A DNA stretch of 64,000 nt, taken from the NCBI RefSeq assembly GCF_006345805.1, contig NW_021833418.1, positions 1 through 64,000 on the forward strand, written 5' to 3'. Numbering within the stretch: position 1 is the stretch's first letter; every line of letters starts with the position of its first letter. Below, piece after piece: positions 24,086-37,853 of this stretch. The notes beneath the pieces are model-generated. The model was given only the letters and a program-made list of their open reading frames with translations. It was not told the origin of the DNA and searched no databases. A program made the position numbers and the translations under genes. The stretch comes from Octopus sinensis. Its lineage: Eukaryota.

Positions 24086-24522
24086 TTAGCAGCACAAATC
24101 ATTTTCGTCGCTGAGAGCATGATAGTTCTGGACTGATATTTGAATGGGAGAAATAAAGATCTGACTTAGAAAAAATCCAACCAAAACGGCCGAGCACAGA
24201 TAATAGTTGAGAGACATGAATATTAACATTAAAATGTAATTTATTCCGAGTCGAATTGTGAGTATTGCGGATTTGCCCAAATGAGACAAGGATTTCAGTG
24301 TTTGCACATAGCGATAATTTATTTTACAGATTCTGCCGTATTTACATGTCACAATTTTTTCTAAAACATGCAGTAACTCTGATAACATTGTTAGAAACAC
24401 CGTTGCGAAAATCGCGAGCCATAGGTCTTTAAATTAAATGCAGGAATAATACGTTTTTGTGATTGCAGAGTGAACCTTTGAAAAAATAAAGTAATTCCTT
24501 TCCAATTTGTATGGAATAACAT
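24086..24522 (-). CDS. SLC31A1: CTR-family copper transporter (SLC31A-like), ~136 aa
   Basis: Exon 24453-24522 plus a 26-nt GT-AG intron (24427-24452) gives MLFHTNWKGITLFFQ..LWLAIFATVFLTMLSELL. It carries the MxxxM motif (YILMLIFMSLNYYL) and a C-terminal CC. Confidence 0.85.
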
Positions 24523-24747
24523 GATTTTCAACAGAAAAATTAATTGAATGTGACTCGATTAATTTTTTTAAGTAAAAAAATACTATTTAAATTATAAATA
24601 ATTAAAATATTGTGAGATACAAATATGTCGCGTTCTATGCCTATATTGGCAAAATCCTTTGCCCTTATAATAAGTCAATAATGGGGAAACAGTTCAAAAT
24701 GATGGGGTCCTTCAAGAATCTTAAAAATCCGACGTATTAAGAATATT

Positions 24748-24990
24748 CTCGATGATGAGGTCCTTAGAACTTTTCCGACAAAAAATTATTTTCGGCATTT
24801 TAGTTAAAATCAACAACAAAGATGTCCTCGATTCACAGATGAGATGCTTAAAACCTTTTCCACAAAAAATTATTTTTTGCATTTTGGTTAAAATGAACAA
24901 CGTGAATGTTCTCGACTCTGATGATGAGGTCAATTAAAACCTTTAAACAAAAAATTAAAGAATTATTTTCAATATGTTAATAAAAACGAC
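24748..24990. repeat. Degenerate tandem repeat, ~80-85-bp unit, about 3 copies
   Basis: Recurring CTCGA..GATGAGGT..AAC.TTT..ACAAAAAATTATTTT..ATTTT.GTTAAAAT.AACAAC. Confidence 0.7.
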
Positions 24991-25679
24991 AGCGAGAATA
25001 TGAGCAATGAGGTGCTCTTAATTATTCGTGATAAAAAAATCAATTTTCCTAGGATTTTCACTTTACAATTAAATTTCACATATCTTTATTAACCATAAAT
25101 CAAAATTAAAGATATTATTTGACCTTGACGGTGTTACCTGTGCGGACACATTTGCTCCAAAGTTATTCAGTCTGCGTCGTTTCCTGGCTTCGCGTCTCAC
25201 CGGGCCGAGGAAACCAAACGAAGGAAATACGCACCCCTTCCTGACGCGTACAACTTTGTCCCAATGGTGTGATTGGGCCGGCCAGGAAGAGGATTCTGTC
25301 TATAATTGGGAAACTGGTCGGAAAGAAAACCTTTGACCACCGGGAAACCAGCCGGCTGTACCAGAGAATATTCATAGCAATCTTAGCAGGTAATTCGCAA
25401 TTTCAGCAGAGGATATATAGGTAGGTGTGCTTGATTTCTTTGGTTTATTGTTTACATAATATGAGTTTATCTTTAGATGATTCTTGTGGCTGATTCCGGC
25501 GTAGAATTTCATTAGTTTACTCAATTCAGGTTGACTTTTCTCTTCTGAATTTGTGCAATGGTTGGCAGGTCTGAACTTTTTGAGAGGATTATTGGAATCA
25601 TCTAATTAATTACTCTAATTAACTGTTGGTGATTCTTGGGTTAAATAAAAAAGTAACAAGCCATAATAGTAAGGACAGA

Positions 25680-26454
25680 TTAGGGAGTGGCTGTGACCAA
25701 CTGAGTGGTGGATATGCCCTCCTTGTCGATTATCTGCATGTAGAATGACCCCAAATCGACAATGAATCGTTTTTGTATCTACAAATGTGGAGTACAACCA
25801 ACACAGTCAACACACTTCTGGACGAGCTCGACTGCCTCCTCTCGACTCATGTCTGGGCAATGACAGTAATCACTACCACCACGCAGGTTCTGGTCGAGCA
25901 CTGGGAAGGTGAAGAAACTGCCATATCCATTCACAGCAAAGGGCACTCTCACCATTGCCCCGTACATGTCAATACTGTAACACTCCCCACCATCTGTGAA
26001 CCCCCCCACGATCATATTCACTTCGTAAGGTCTCTACAATTTACAAATCAGAGTGGGCTGTCATGGAATATTCTAGAATGTTCTGGAATGTTCCAGAAAG
26101 TGCTATGTGAATACCCGTGTGCGTAGTGTCTCCGCGATCTCTCTTCTGATAAAGTTGGCAGTGGAGTGGACACTCATCTCAGTGCCTGGACAGTAATATT
26201 AGGGATGACCAGTGTGCATTTTCTTGAAAAGAATGTTCTTGGCGATGTAGTCACAAAAGTAACGGACGTCCCCAGGCTGTCCATTTGCAGCCAAAACGAC
26301 GTGGTCACTCAGTTTCATTATTTTTAGATTATCTGGAGTGGTTGTGAGGAGAGGACTTGCCATATTTAATAAACAGAACTCGGGCGTCCACTTTAGTATC
26401 AGCTGCAACCACAGTAAAGTTGTCCGTGCAAAACCCCAGAATACAACCTGACAT
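25680..26454 (-). CDS. PSMB2: Proteasome subunit beta type-2 (beta4)
   Basis: MSGCILGFCTDNFTVVAAD..GQPGDVRYFCDYIAKNI..STANFIRREIAE..PYEVNMIVGG..PFAVNGYGSFF..IQKRFIVDL. Introns include GC-AG 26333-26360 and an 81-nt intron 26034-26114. Confidence 0.9.
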
Positions 26455-26599
26455 TGTCACGCAACTGCACTTATTTTATTTATTACTCTAATCAGCCATT
26501 TTTAATTTTATATAAATTAATTAATGGAATCTCTTGAAAATCATTCGAAGTTAATTATTAACACATCAACATTGCATTGTCCCAACAGACGAGCTCTCT

Positions 26600-27660
26600 C
26601 CATGCAAACCAACTCCACAATTAAAAACAACTTGCGACCCCGCCTCGTTCAGGCCGATATCTGTCCTATTAAAAATCTTTTAAAAAATTTGTCTTGAAAT
26701 CAAAATACCCTTTCCTTACTCTATCAAATGCACAACAAGGTTTCCGACCACAGCACTTAATAACAACACACCTATCACAATAACAAGATTCATTGCAGAC
26801 GTATTTAAGAACTAATTTCTTCCTCAACGAACAATCCTGGCATCAGTTGATATGCCAAAGCATTTGACCGGACTTTGATATGTTCTAAGCTCAAAAATCT
26901 ACTCTGAAAATCTGGCTGTGTAGCTTCTTATCTGGTAGACTGGCTCGGGTCTAAAAACTCATGGTTTCTCTACTTACTTAATGGGGTACTTCAAGGCTCC
27001 TGTCTTTCTCCAGCCCTTTTCAACCTACACCTCAGTGATATGCCAACTAATCCAAAAACACTACTCCTCTCCTTTGCTGACGATATTGTGATTGCTTTCA
27101 TACACAATATCATTAACAGAGCGATTAGTTCACTCCTAACTCAGCTAGACTTCTTTAGTTCATATGACTTCTTTGGCGTCCAAATCGTCTATCGCTGTTT
27201 TTACCTCTGACAAACGACAATTCAACCTAAACCCAGCCCTCTGTGTGGCCGGTGAAGAAATTCCTTCATTGGGAATCTTGCATCGTTCCGGTCGAAGACT
27301 ATTTAGGGACGAGAGGACTACAATTCCTCCACGAATTACAAGATCTCTATTTCAGAAAACAAAAGACATATTATCACTACTCTGGCCGATCAATATCTCT
27401 CAAAAATACTCTTAACGAACAAATAGAAAACTGGGAAAAAATAATTAGTGATTACATCTCATCTCATGCTATTAAGATGCTCAAGAATAACAAACTTGTT
27501 GATTCTTCCCCGCCACTGGTCCATCCTCAGAGCAATCAATCGACAGGTACCTCCGTATTTAACTTTGACAAATATTGCTCCTTCACCCCGGAGGATTGCT
27601 CAATTAAAGCACCAAAATAAATATGAACTCACAAAACTAGTATTGACCATATTTTCTTGA
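26600..27660 (+). mobile_element. Degenerate Jockey/L2-like non-LTR reverse transcriptase
   Basis: SFRPISVL, QQGFRP, DMPKAFD, GVLQGSCLSPALFNL, SFADDIVI, spread across frameshifts. Confidence 0.75.
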
Positions 27661-27820
27661 CATAAACCCATCATAAAAATTCTGGTTTTGAATTAAAAAT
27701 AATTTTTAAAGAATAAATTCTCTGCATTTTAAAAATAATTCTTTAAAAGAGCTGAAATTAAGAAAAAGTAAAAGAATTGCTCAATTAAAGCACCAAATTA
27801 AATATAAACTCACAAAACTA

Positions 27821-29529
27821 TACCTTTCCAAGTTCAAAGTGGGATTTTCCAAATTCAATATGGGATTTCCAAGTTCAAGGATTTTCAAGTCGGTTATTGA
27901 ATTCATTTATTAATTTAAAATCGCCTTACATTACAAAATGTACGTTAATAAAAAGAAAGAATTAGCTAAAAAAATAAAAAATTTGTTGACCGTTTACGAA
28001 AATGATGGGGATTGGAATCAAGTTGCATGTTCTCTCGGAATAAAAAGAACAACTGCATACAGGTGGATAAAAGAAGGCTTTAATGATGATTTAAGAGGTG
28101 GTTTTCGATATTCAAAAATTTCAAATACCGTACGAGATTATATGCAAGAAATGGTCGAGTCAAATCCGAAAATTACTTGCAAACAATTGGCTGCAGAGAT
28201 CCAAGATAAGTACGGAATAAAAGTGTCAGGTGAGTGCGTTCGCCTGCATCTTGATTCGCTTATGTATACCATAAAAACATAAGATTCGAACCTGAAAAAA
28301 GCAACTCAATGGAGAACAAAGAGAAGCGCAAAAGATTTTGTGAAAAGCTGCTTGGTTATTAAGCAATGGAAATTCCGATTCTTTTTATGGACGAATCCAA
28401 CTTTAATTTACACATATCAAGAAAACAAGAGAGGTCGAAAAAGGGGCAGCGATGTAATACACGTGCAGCTTCATCTAAAAAAGCTAACATTCATGTTATC
28501 GGTTGCATCGGTACAAAAGGGGTAATACACTTTGAAATACGAAGAGGATCCTTTAATAAACAAACTGCGTATGATTGGATTAAAGCATGCTTTAAAAAAG
28601 CATATGAAGTTTATCTAAGTCCAGTAGTTTTAATAATTGACAATGCTCCATGTCATACAGACATTGAAAAAATACTTGAAGAAAATGAATTCACAGAAAA
28701 CAAAATACTTCGACTTGCACCTTACAGTCCAATGTTAAATCCAATCGAACAAATATGGTCTAAAATGAAAGCTTTTGTAAAAAGAAAAATGACTGAAAAT
28801 CTTGGGAATATCTTAGATGGAAATGAACCTGACTTGTCAAAAACAGAATTTCGGAAACAGAGATTGGAGGATTTAATTAAACAATCGACTATCTATCGAC
28901 TTTCCCGTTTGAGTTCGGCAAGTCTCTGATATGGGATGTGACGTGTTCAGACACTTTCTCGGAGCTTAATCTTCCTTCTTCAGCTGTCGAGGCTGGCTCA
29001 GTCTCTCGCAAAACCGAGAAGATGAAGATCGGAAAGTACAAGGAGCTCTCTGAACGATATCTGTTCACTCCTATCGCCGTCGAGACTTCCGTCGTCATTC
29101 CTTTTTGAAAAAGCTTGGCCGCATGATTTCCCATAAACGGGGAGACCCACGTAAGTCCAAGTGGCTTATCGAAAAGATTTTCTTGTCTATAGTACGTGGA
29201 AACTGTGTTTCCATTTACGAGGCCGGGAATTTAGTAAGTTAATAACTATTTTATTCTCTTTTTTTTCTGGTATAAATGAAAATAGATATGATAATTAAAC
29301 AATCTATGGACGAAGTTACTCCAAAGATTTGTGCTAAGTTAATAGCCAGAATCCAAGGACCATTGCCTTCTTTATTAAATTACAAAGACGTAACATTTTA
29401 ATTTTTTTTTTTGATATAAATGAGTCATGATTTTTTTTCAAATATTTCAAAATTAACTTGGAAATCCCATATTGAATTTGGAAATTCCCACTTTGAACTT
29501 GGAAATCCCATATTGAACTTGGAAAGGTA
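27821..29529 (+). mobile_element. Tc1/IS630-family transposon, both TIRs present, transposase disrupted
   Basis: TIRs start TACCTTTCCAAGTTCAA, contain internal ~20-bp repeats and are flanked by TA. HTH ORF 27938..28282, DDE ORF 28366..28929 (FMDESNF, IIDNAPCH, PYSPMLNPIE). CRE insertion 28887-29291 with TSD TAATTAAACAATC. Confidence 0.93.
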
Positions 29530-32399
29530 TAGTATTGTCCATATTTTCTTAACATGAATCCGCCCCCTTGTCTGAAGACTAAGCTATGGATAATGGATCT
29601 GGACAGTCGTGAGTGTGATTCCGAAGGAGGCTAGTTTTCATCCGGGGGTCAATTCTCGTTATCGTTCCCCTGCCCGTGAGGCAACGAGTACTTCTGGCAC
29701 GACACAGTTGAAAAATGGGGATCTCTTACCTTCCTTCCGGTCTTAGCGTGGCGTTATGGGGTCCACCATGTCAGTTGGAACTTCCAATCGGATATGGCAA
29801 CGCTCAGGAGGCACTTAATGCCTACCGAAAAAGGACTTCTAGATCTCAGACCCTGGGACATCGTCGTCTCAGGCCGTTCATGTGGGCAGGATCGAACCTT
29901 TCAGTAGTATCTCCCTCGCTTGAATCGGGAATCACGGGTATGTATAAATTTTTATTAAAACTGATAAAATAATTAAATTTAAAGCAGCGTGATTTAATGC
30001 GTTAGGTGACACTTTCTATGGAAGAATTGGAAATTATCAGAGAATTCAAGTCCAATGAAGAGGACAAATTCAAGTCCAATGACGGGCCCCTTGGGTACAG
30101 GGACAAATAGAAAGGTGTTTTCTGCATTAATTAATTTTAGATTTAATAAGAGTGTAAAAGGTTGGATTTCCTCCACCAGTGAATCAAAAAATTGTTTTGG
30201 ACGTTATGTCAATATTATCAAAGATATTGTCGAGGATTATAATTACACTATTCACTCGACGACAAGGCAGATACCTTTCTTTCTGTTTATGGGAATCAAG
30301 AATTGCAATTCAGTCAGTGAAACACATCGAAAAGAGCTTATGGGGCATATAAGTCATATTATTTTTTATTGGTCATATTGATGTTATTTCTATAATTAAT
30401 AAACTATTATTATATTTTTTAATAGTTTTATTAATTTTTTTAGGTCTTATAGGTCATATTTTATGCCGTTAGGTCATATTATTTTTTAGGTCATATTTTT
30501 TTTGTTAGGTCATATTTATATTTATTAAATCATATATTTTTATTAATCTTTGTTTAAATTTTGACAATAACACGTTTTCACACGTTTTGGTAGTTGGCCG
30601 CTTAAATATTATAGATTTTTACACGCCGAAACAAAAGCAATATAACAATCAAAAGTTAAATAAAATAATTAAACGATACCCGTCTGAATTTCAGATTGAT
30701 TCAGCTGGACGTTTATTTTGTTTGAAATGCTCAGTTTTTGTTAATTTTACGAAAACGTTTAATGTGGTGCAGCACAGGGAAACTACCCGGCATAAAAAGG
30801 AACAGACAAAATTTCAAACGCAACTCTTCTGAAACTTGAAGCAAAGAAAAATTTAGGAATTTGCTTAGTCGAAATGATGACGAAGGGGAATATACCTCTT
30901 TATAAAATAAGAAATGAACACTTTATTAACTTTTTTAATAATCTCGGATTTACTGTTCCCAGCGAAAGTTGGTGCAGAAATATAGTTCCAGATTTGCAAT
31001 ATCAATTGATTGAAATGCTTAAAACAATTATTTCTGGAAAAGATATATTCATACTTGTTGATGAAACGGAAATCAATAAACAGAAATTTAATATTTTTAA
31101 GTTATATTTTAGAATTTTAAAGTCATATTTTTTACGGTCATATTTAACTTTTTTAAGGTCATATTTCTGGTTGCCCTAGTGATGATACAGAAAAAGAGGA
31201 TTTGGAAATGACAGTGATGACGAACTTGAGAAAAAGAGAAAGGAAGCTTTCAAAAACATTGTCTCTTGCGGTATAAAAATGAATAAAAAAAGAAAATGGA
31301 AAAACGATGAAGATAGGCCATCAGAAGGCGATCTTGTACTTCTACGTACAGATAATGACACCAATCGGCCAAGATATCCGTTATACGACGGAATTGATTC
31401 CAGCAAACACAAGATCATCAGTGTGAAAAACGATCAGTATTTTTTAAAGGGGGAAAATGGTGAGATTGTAGAAAATGTACACATCTCAAGACTTAAAACA
31501 ATTAAGAAATGCCTTTCCTCGTTTGGAGTACGCACTTCTCCCTGTATCCGATTCCCGGATGCAGTCGGAGAATTCGATTCGCTGCTCAGGAATACTCTCG
31601 TTCAAATCTCAAACGTACATTTTGACGAAATGGGCTGGAAACAGGCTATCCTGCCTATCAGGCACGGGGCCGCAAAGGTCTACACCCGCTCTCCTGCCGC
31701 AAATGCCCTGGGAGGTTCCCCAGGCACGGACAGCTTAATTCCATAATAAAGCGTCTGCTCGAGGCAACCGGCATCCCGTGCCAGCTGGAGCCCTTTGGCC
31801 TTAACAGGGGCGATGGCATGAGGCCGGACGGCGTCTCGCTCTTCCCGTTCAAGTGCGGCAAAGCGATCGTCTGGGACGCGACATGCTCTGACACTTTTGC
31901 GTCAACATGCCTTCTCGCGTCCGCGATCGAAGCTGCCACAGCGGCGAGGAGGGCAGAGACCCGGAAGAAAGACAAGTACGCCTCGCTCGCCGACAGATTC
32001 CTCTTTGTGCCTGTTTCAGTCTAAACATCAGGCACATTCGGCCCAGCCACGCTACGTTTTCTCACCGAGAGAGGCCGTCACCTCGGGAGGATTAGATACG
32101 ACCCCCGCGAGGTCAATCGGCTTTTTGAGCGCGTCTCAATAGCCGTACTCAGGGGAACAGTTTCTCTATTCTCTCTGCGGCTAGCAGCTGACTTCCTGTT
32201 CCATTTTCTTTTCTATTTCGAAAAAAAAATTAAAAACCAAAAAAAGAAAAATATAAAAAAATTAAAAAGAAAAAACAAAAAAATAAAGATAAAAAAAATA
32301 AAAAAACAAAAAAAGAAAAAAAAAGGAAATTAAAAAGGTGCAGGAAATGTAGGTAGTGTAGGCTTATGTAATGTCAGGGAAAATAAGATTAGTCATCAG

Positions 32400-33136
32400 T
32401 AGGGCAACCAATTGCAATTTTTTGCAATTAAATATAATTTAATTAAAATTCGATAAATAATAAAGTAATGAATAGACATTAATTTTAATAATATTTTTAT
32501 TCGATTTAAATTTGCAATTTTTTGCAATTTTTTGTAGTCATTTTACAATTTTTTGCAATTTTTTTAAATTAAAAAAAAATTTTTTTATTAAAAAATAATA
32601 TAATTATAAGTAAAAGATTATTAAAACGTGTTTTAGTTGTTTGTTGTAATGGGTAAAAGGACAGTGTCACAGAAAATTTCATTTTATGCAAAGAAATTCC
32701 CCGAGTTTGTTATTGACAGTGAAGGGAATTTATTTTGCTCCAATTGCTCAACTGTTGTACGGTGTGACACAAAATTTTTTGTTGATGCGCACCGTTCTTC
32801 AAAAAAACATTTAAAAGCACACAGTATTTCTTTGAATTTAAATTTATAGAATGGACAAATTCATCTCAGAGTTCACAAACATTTCTTTCGGCGATAACGG
32901 ATACTCGAAAGGATTGGGGGATCAAAGTAACACAAGCGTTTTTGGAGGCAAACATACCAATTTATAAAATCAGACATTTGATTATTTGATTTCCTATTAC
33001 AATAAATAATTTCGTTAATTTTTTGCATAATGTAATGTTTACAATTAAAAAAAATTATTTTTGCAATTTTTTACAATTTTTAAAATTCATTTTTGCAATT
33101 TTTTTTATTAAAAAGTGCAATTTTTTGGTTGCCCTA
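32400..33136 (+). mobile_element. Non-autonomous CGGBP1-like hAT element (737 bp)
   Basis: 11-bp TIR TAGGGCAACCA / TGGTTGCCCTA. 8-bp TSD GTCATCAG; empty site in copy A at 3751-3758. LFCSNCSTVV..AHRSSKKH zinc finger. TTTTGCAATT subterminal repeats. Confidence 0.92.
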
Positions 33137-33376
33137 GTCATCAGTTGTCAGAAGATAATCAATCGACTCGTCTCGATGAAAACAAATTAAGTAAAGAGGT
33201 ATTAATATTAGATTTATATTTAGTGTATGGAAACGGATTACCTATTGAGAAACAAAGAATATTTGGAAAATACACAGGTTTTAGATAATTTATGTAGCAC
33301 GAAACGTAAAAATGTTAGTGTAGGAAATAATAATTTTAAACGATATAGTTTCGATGATATAAGTGTTAGTCTAGAT

Positions 33377-35099
33377 CAGAGGTTTCCAAATGGGGAGGCG
33401 CGCCTCCCTAGGGAGGCGTTGACTCGTGTCAAGGGAGGCGCGAAAAGTATTTCAGAAACATTTTTTAGAAAATTATATCTATGTAAAAAACGTGACTATA
33501 TTCCGATAATAAGAGTTATTAATTTAAAAATTATATTTTTTCAAAAATTTATTTAATTTATTAGACAATTAAATAATTTTAACACATGAATAAATTCTTG
33601 AGTGGTTGCAAAAGAAAATTCACGAATAATAAAGATTTTGACGATGGTTCAAAAAATCAAAATGATTGGAATATAATCAATACCACTCCAAAGACAAGAA
33701 AATACTTTCCATCTTACTTATTGTTAGGATTCACACGTATCTTTGTTGATTCTATGGAAAAACCCCTCTGTTTGCTTTGCCTCAAAACACTTGCAGCAGA
33801 TAGTATGAGGCCATGCAAATTAAGAAGACATTTTGAAACGATGCATTCTGAACATGTCCATAAGTCTGAAGAATTTTTTAAAAGAAAATTAGAAGAGTTT
33901 GATAACCAAACGAAATCGTTAAAAAAACTTGTTTCTGTCTCTTCAAATGCTGTCTCTTCATAGCATCGTACAAAGTTTCTTACAGGATTGCAAAATGCAA
34001 GAAACCGCACAATATCGGAGAAACTCTAGTTTTGCCAGCAGCTATCGATATGGTTGAAGCAATGTTTGGCGAATCCTATGCAAAACAATTACAGCAAATA
34101 CCGCATGCTGATAACACAGTCGCAAGAAGAATTGATGACATATCTGAAGATCTTTGTGATCAGTTGGTTTCTCGACTACGTAACTGTAAATTTGCTATAC
34201 AAGTTGATGAGGGAGCTGACATAAATAAAAATGCACATTTAATTGCATATGTCAGATATGCTGAAGAAAGTACAATAATAGAAGATCTATTATTCTGGAT
34301 GATGACTTTATTGTCAAATTTGCCTATTTAGTTGACATTTTTGGGAAATTGAGTATATTGAATAATCAATGCAGGGACCACAACTACATTTATTCTCTCA
34401 AAAGGACAAAATAAAAGCATTTATGAAAAAATTGGTATTATGGAAATCAAATATACAAAAAAATATCTATGACATGTTTCCACTTTTAAACACCTTTTGC
34501 GCCATAGTGAACATTGAAGCAAACAAAGACATATTTGCTGAACATTTGGATTGTTTGTTGAAGCATTTTGCTCACTATTTTAAAGATCTCGACTGTAAAA
34601 TGTTCGAATGGATACAGAATCCATTTATTGATGAAGAAGATAATCAATTTGCATTGACAACTTTTGAAAAAGAAAAATTGATAGAATTGTCATGCGATAC
34701 ATTATTGAAACAAAAATTTGAGAGAGAACCGCTAATTTCTTTTTGGTTGAATGTAAGAACTGAATATGAAATTTTGTCGAATAAAGCAATGAAGTTTTGT
34801 TGGCATTTGCTACTTCATATTTATGCGAAACTGGATTTTCTGCACTAGCTGCAATTAAATCTAAATATCGAACTCGTTTAGTAGTGACTAATGAGCTAAG
34901 AGTAGCACTCTCTGCGATGACACCAAGATTTGAAAAACTTTGCGCCAAGATGGAAAAAAAATTATCTCATTAACTTTTTGTTTTAAAAAATTGTTTTTGA
35001 TAAAATAATAATTGTATTATATTATGGAATATAAAAGGAGGCGCAAGATTGTACTTTTTCTCTAAGGGAGGCGCGTAAAAAAAAGCTTGGAAACCTCTG
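33377..35099 (+). mobile_element. hAT element, Buster/ZBED5-like (1723 bp), transposase fragmented
   Basis: TIR CAGAGGTTTCCAA / TTGGAAACCTCTG. TSD GTCTAGAT; empty site in copy A at 3983-3990. PLCLLC..MRPCKLRRHF, FAIQVDE, WIQNPF motifs. Confidence 0.95.
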
Positions 35100-37262
35100 G
35101 TCTAGATAATAAATTTAAAATTAAAGTAAATAGTTCAAATGAGACGTTTTCGATCTCAAATTTTAGACGAGAAAAGAATAGATTGCGAATGGCTATGAAA
35201 AGGGCATCCGAGTCACAAGATCAAAAGGAACATCGACAAGAATGCAACAGATTAAGAGCAACTATAAGAAGGAGGCAAGAGACCGATGATATGAGGAATT
35301 TCAGAAAAGAACAAGATAGGCGATAGAATAGGGTTACATTAAACCAGGTAGTTTTATACATCTACATAAACTTATAGTTGTTTGATGAAACAGGCCCTCC
35401 GCAGGAGCTAGGTCGCGGTGAGCGAAGCGAGCTAGTATTTTATAATTACTTAAAAGGTTCGCATTCAAAAGATTATGGGACGAATCCTTCCTTGAGATTA
35501 ACAGGTTTGAACATCCATACGGGGATCCATTCACTATTGTTGCAAAATTGTCTAACAACTTTGTCAATGTGGAAAATAGTGATGGATCAGTAATGAAAGT
35601 ACATGCCAAACGACTCAAGAAGTTAGATAACAGTCAAAAATAATAATTGTCCTTGATCTATCAATAAAATAAGTTATTTTGACATTGATTGAGTAAATTT
35701 GATTGGTCGCGTCTAGCGCTCGGTCGCTCGGCTCGCGACATAATATTTCGAATTGTTAGCAAAATTATATAAGATTCAAATATCACAAAAGTATAAATAA
35801 GTAAAAAAGGAGATTAAAAGAAAAAAAATCGAAAAATATCACAAAAAATATAAATAGAAATAATAAAAAAGGAGATTAAAGAAACAAGCTCGAAAAATAT
35901 CACAAAAAGTATAAATAAGTAAAAAAAGGAGATTAAAGGAATAAAATCAAAAAATATTACAAAAATGATGAACTTTCAGATAATTAAATCATTAAAAGAA
36001 AATACATCTTGAATTATTCCTTCTGAATCCAATTAAGATAAAAAAATAAAGTGTAGCAAATAATTAAGAGAGCACCACAAGTAAATCAACAGCGTGCTCA
36101 CACGTGTCTTAATTTATTAGGTATTAGGTTTACCATTTTAAAAATAAGATAATTAATAATAATTAATGAAAAAAACTTTATTTTTATTACAAAACAGTTT
36201 TGAATGTCAGTAATTCTCACCTTTAGAGAGAGCAAGGATCCAATAATAACCAGATTATTGAAAAAGGTTATTTAAAATCAATTAATCTTGGCTATAGCAA
36301 TTTGAAACTACTTCCGCCAATTGAATGCTAAATTGGCAGCAAAGAGTGTATGCCCCCACCTCAGCTCAGAATTTGCTCCTTACCAACTCGGGGTGGGGAT
36401 CGCCAACGTTTGCGAGTCCGACATCGCCAATTTATTTTTTGTATATCAATCCTCCCTGGTGACATAACTACCGAATTAGCAGTTATTTTGTTTTTTGCGG
36501 TGCAAGTGATTTCAATCTTCATTGTTATTTCAAATTTGGTTGGAGCGATTTATGGTTTTATGCTTAAAAAGTTGAATATTTATATCATTTAATCTAAAAA
36601 AAGTATTGTTGTCACCACGCTTCGGAAAATAAGTGCAAAGTAACATATATTAGCAATAAAGTTTAACTCTGAAAAGAACACGTAATTATTAGTTATTCAA
36701 TTTCCGTTTTTGTAATTTGTAGTATTTTTTACATCAAACTCACCCTCTTAGGGCCCACGTATAATGCACCGATGGCCAGATTCATGTCAACGCAGAGTCT
36801 AGATTCAGGAACAAATGCCTAAGTGTTCCTAAAGTGGACCCGATCAAGTCCTCTTGAATGACCTACGAGCAAGGTGTGGAAGAATGGAAAACAATCATGA
36901 CTTACGGAGCCATAATGAAATAGTCAGGTGTATCCATCTACACCTATGTAAAATCTATGGAATAGACAAGTCACAGGCTTTATTGATACAAGCGGAAGCT
37001 GAAAAGTCACAAGGCGACTTGTCGGTACTACAGACATCACATGTATTCTCCTAAGATTGAACCTTCTGTAGAGCCTATATCCAATCCGTCGTTCTGAGAA
37101 AGACTTTATTATGGCAGAATTTAAGCACTTTTTAATTTTGTCTTGATGGTAGAATTGCAATACAATCTTCTGAAGACAAAACAAATTAATGGTGTGTAAA
37201 GATTTTATAAATTGTGTGTTGTGTGTTTATTTAAATGGAATAAATAATATAGTCCTGGTGAT

Positions 37263-37853
37263 ATGTCAATTGTGCGACTGAAAAGTTGTGACGGTGAGAT
37301 ATTCCACGTACCCTATGACGTAATATGCGTGTCGAACATGCTCAAGCGGATGTTGGATGGTAGTCCCCTGGCTGACCCCACTAGACCTGGGGATGATGAG
37401 TGAGGACGAGGCAGCCCTTCCTCTGCCAAATGTGACGGCAGGAATTCTGCGTCGAGTAGGTGAAGGGGGATATAGCTAGATCATAAACTGGTGTACGTAT
37501 CACAAGGACGACCCAGTGCAGTCGGAGGCCACGAGTCGGTCGACGAGGACTGACGATATAATCCCCTACGACCTGGAATTCCTCAAAGTAGACCAATCCA
37601 CGCTGTTTCGACTAATTTTGGTATTTTGTGTGGCTGACGACAGGCTGCCAATTACTTGGATATTCAGCCTCTCCTGACGACGTGCTACAAGTACACTGCC
37701 AATATGATCAAGGGCAAGACGGCCGAGGAAATAAGAAGACACTTTAATATTAAAAATGACTTTACTCCCGAGGAGGAAGAACAAGTCACCCCTCCCTTCC
37801 ATTCCTAGATTCGACGAGAAAACAAATGGGCTGAATTTGATAAAAATTACTAA
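37263..37853 (+). CDS. SKP1: S-phase kinase-associated protein 1, duplicate
   Basis: Nearly identical to 6341-6931 with the same four micro-introns. Confidence 0.95.
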
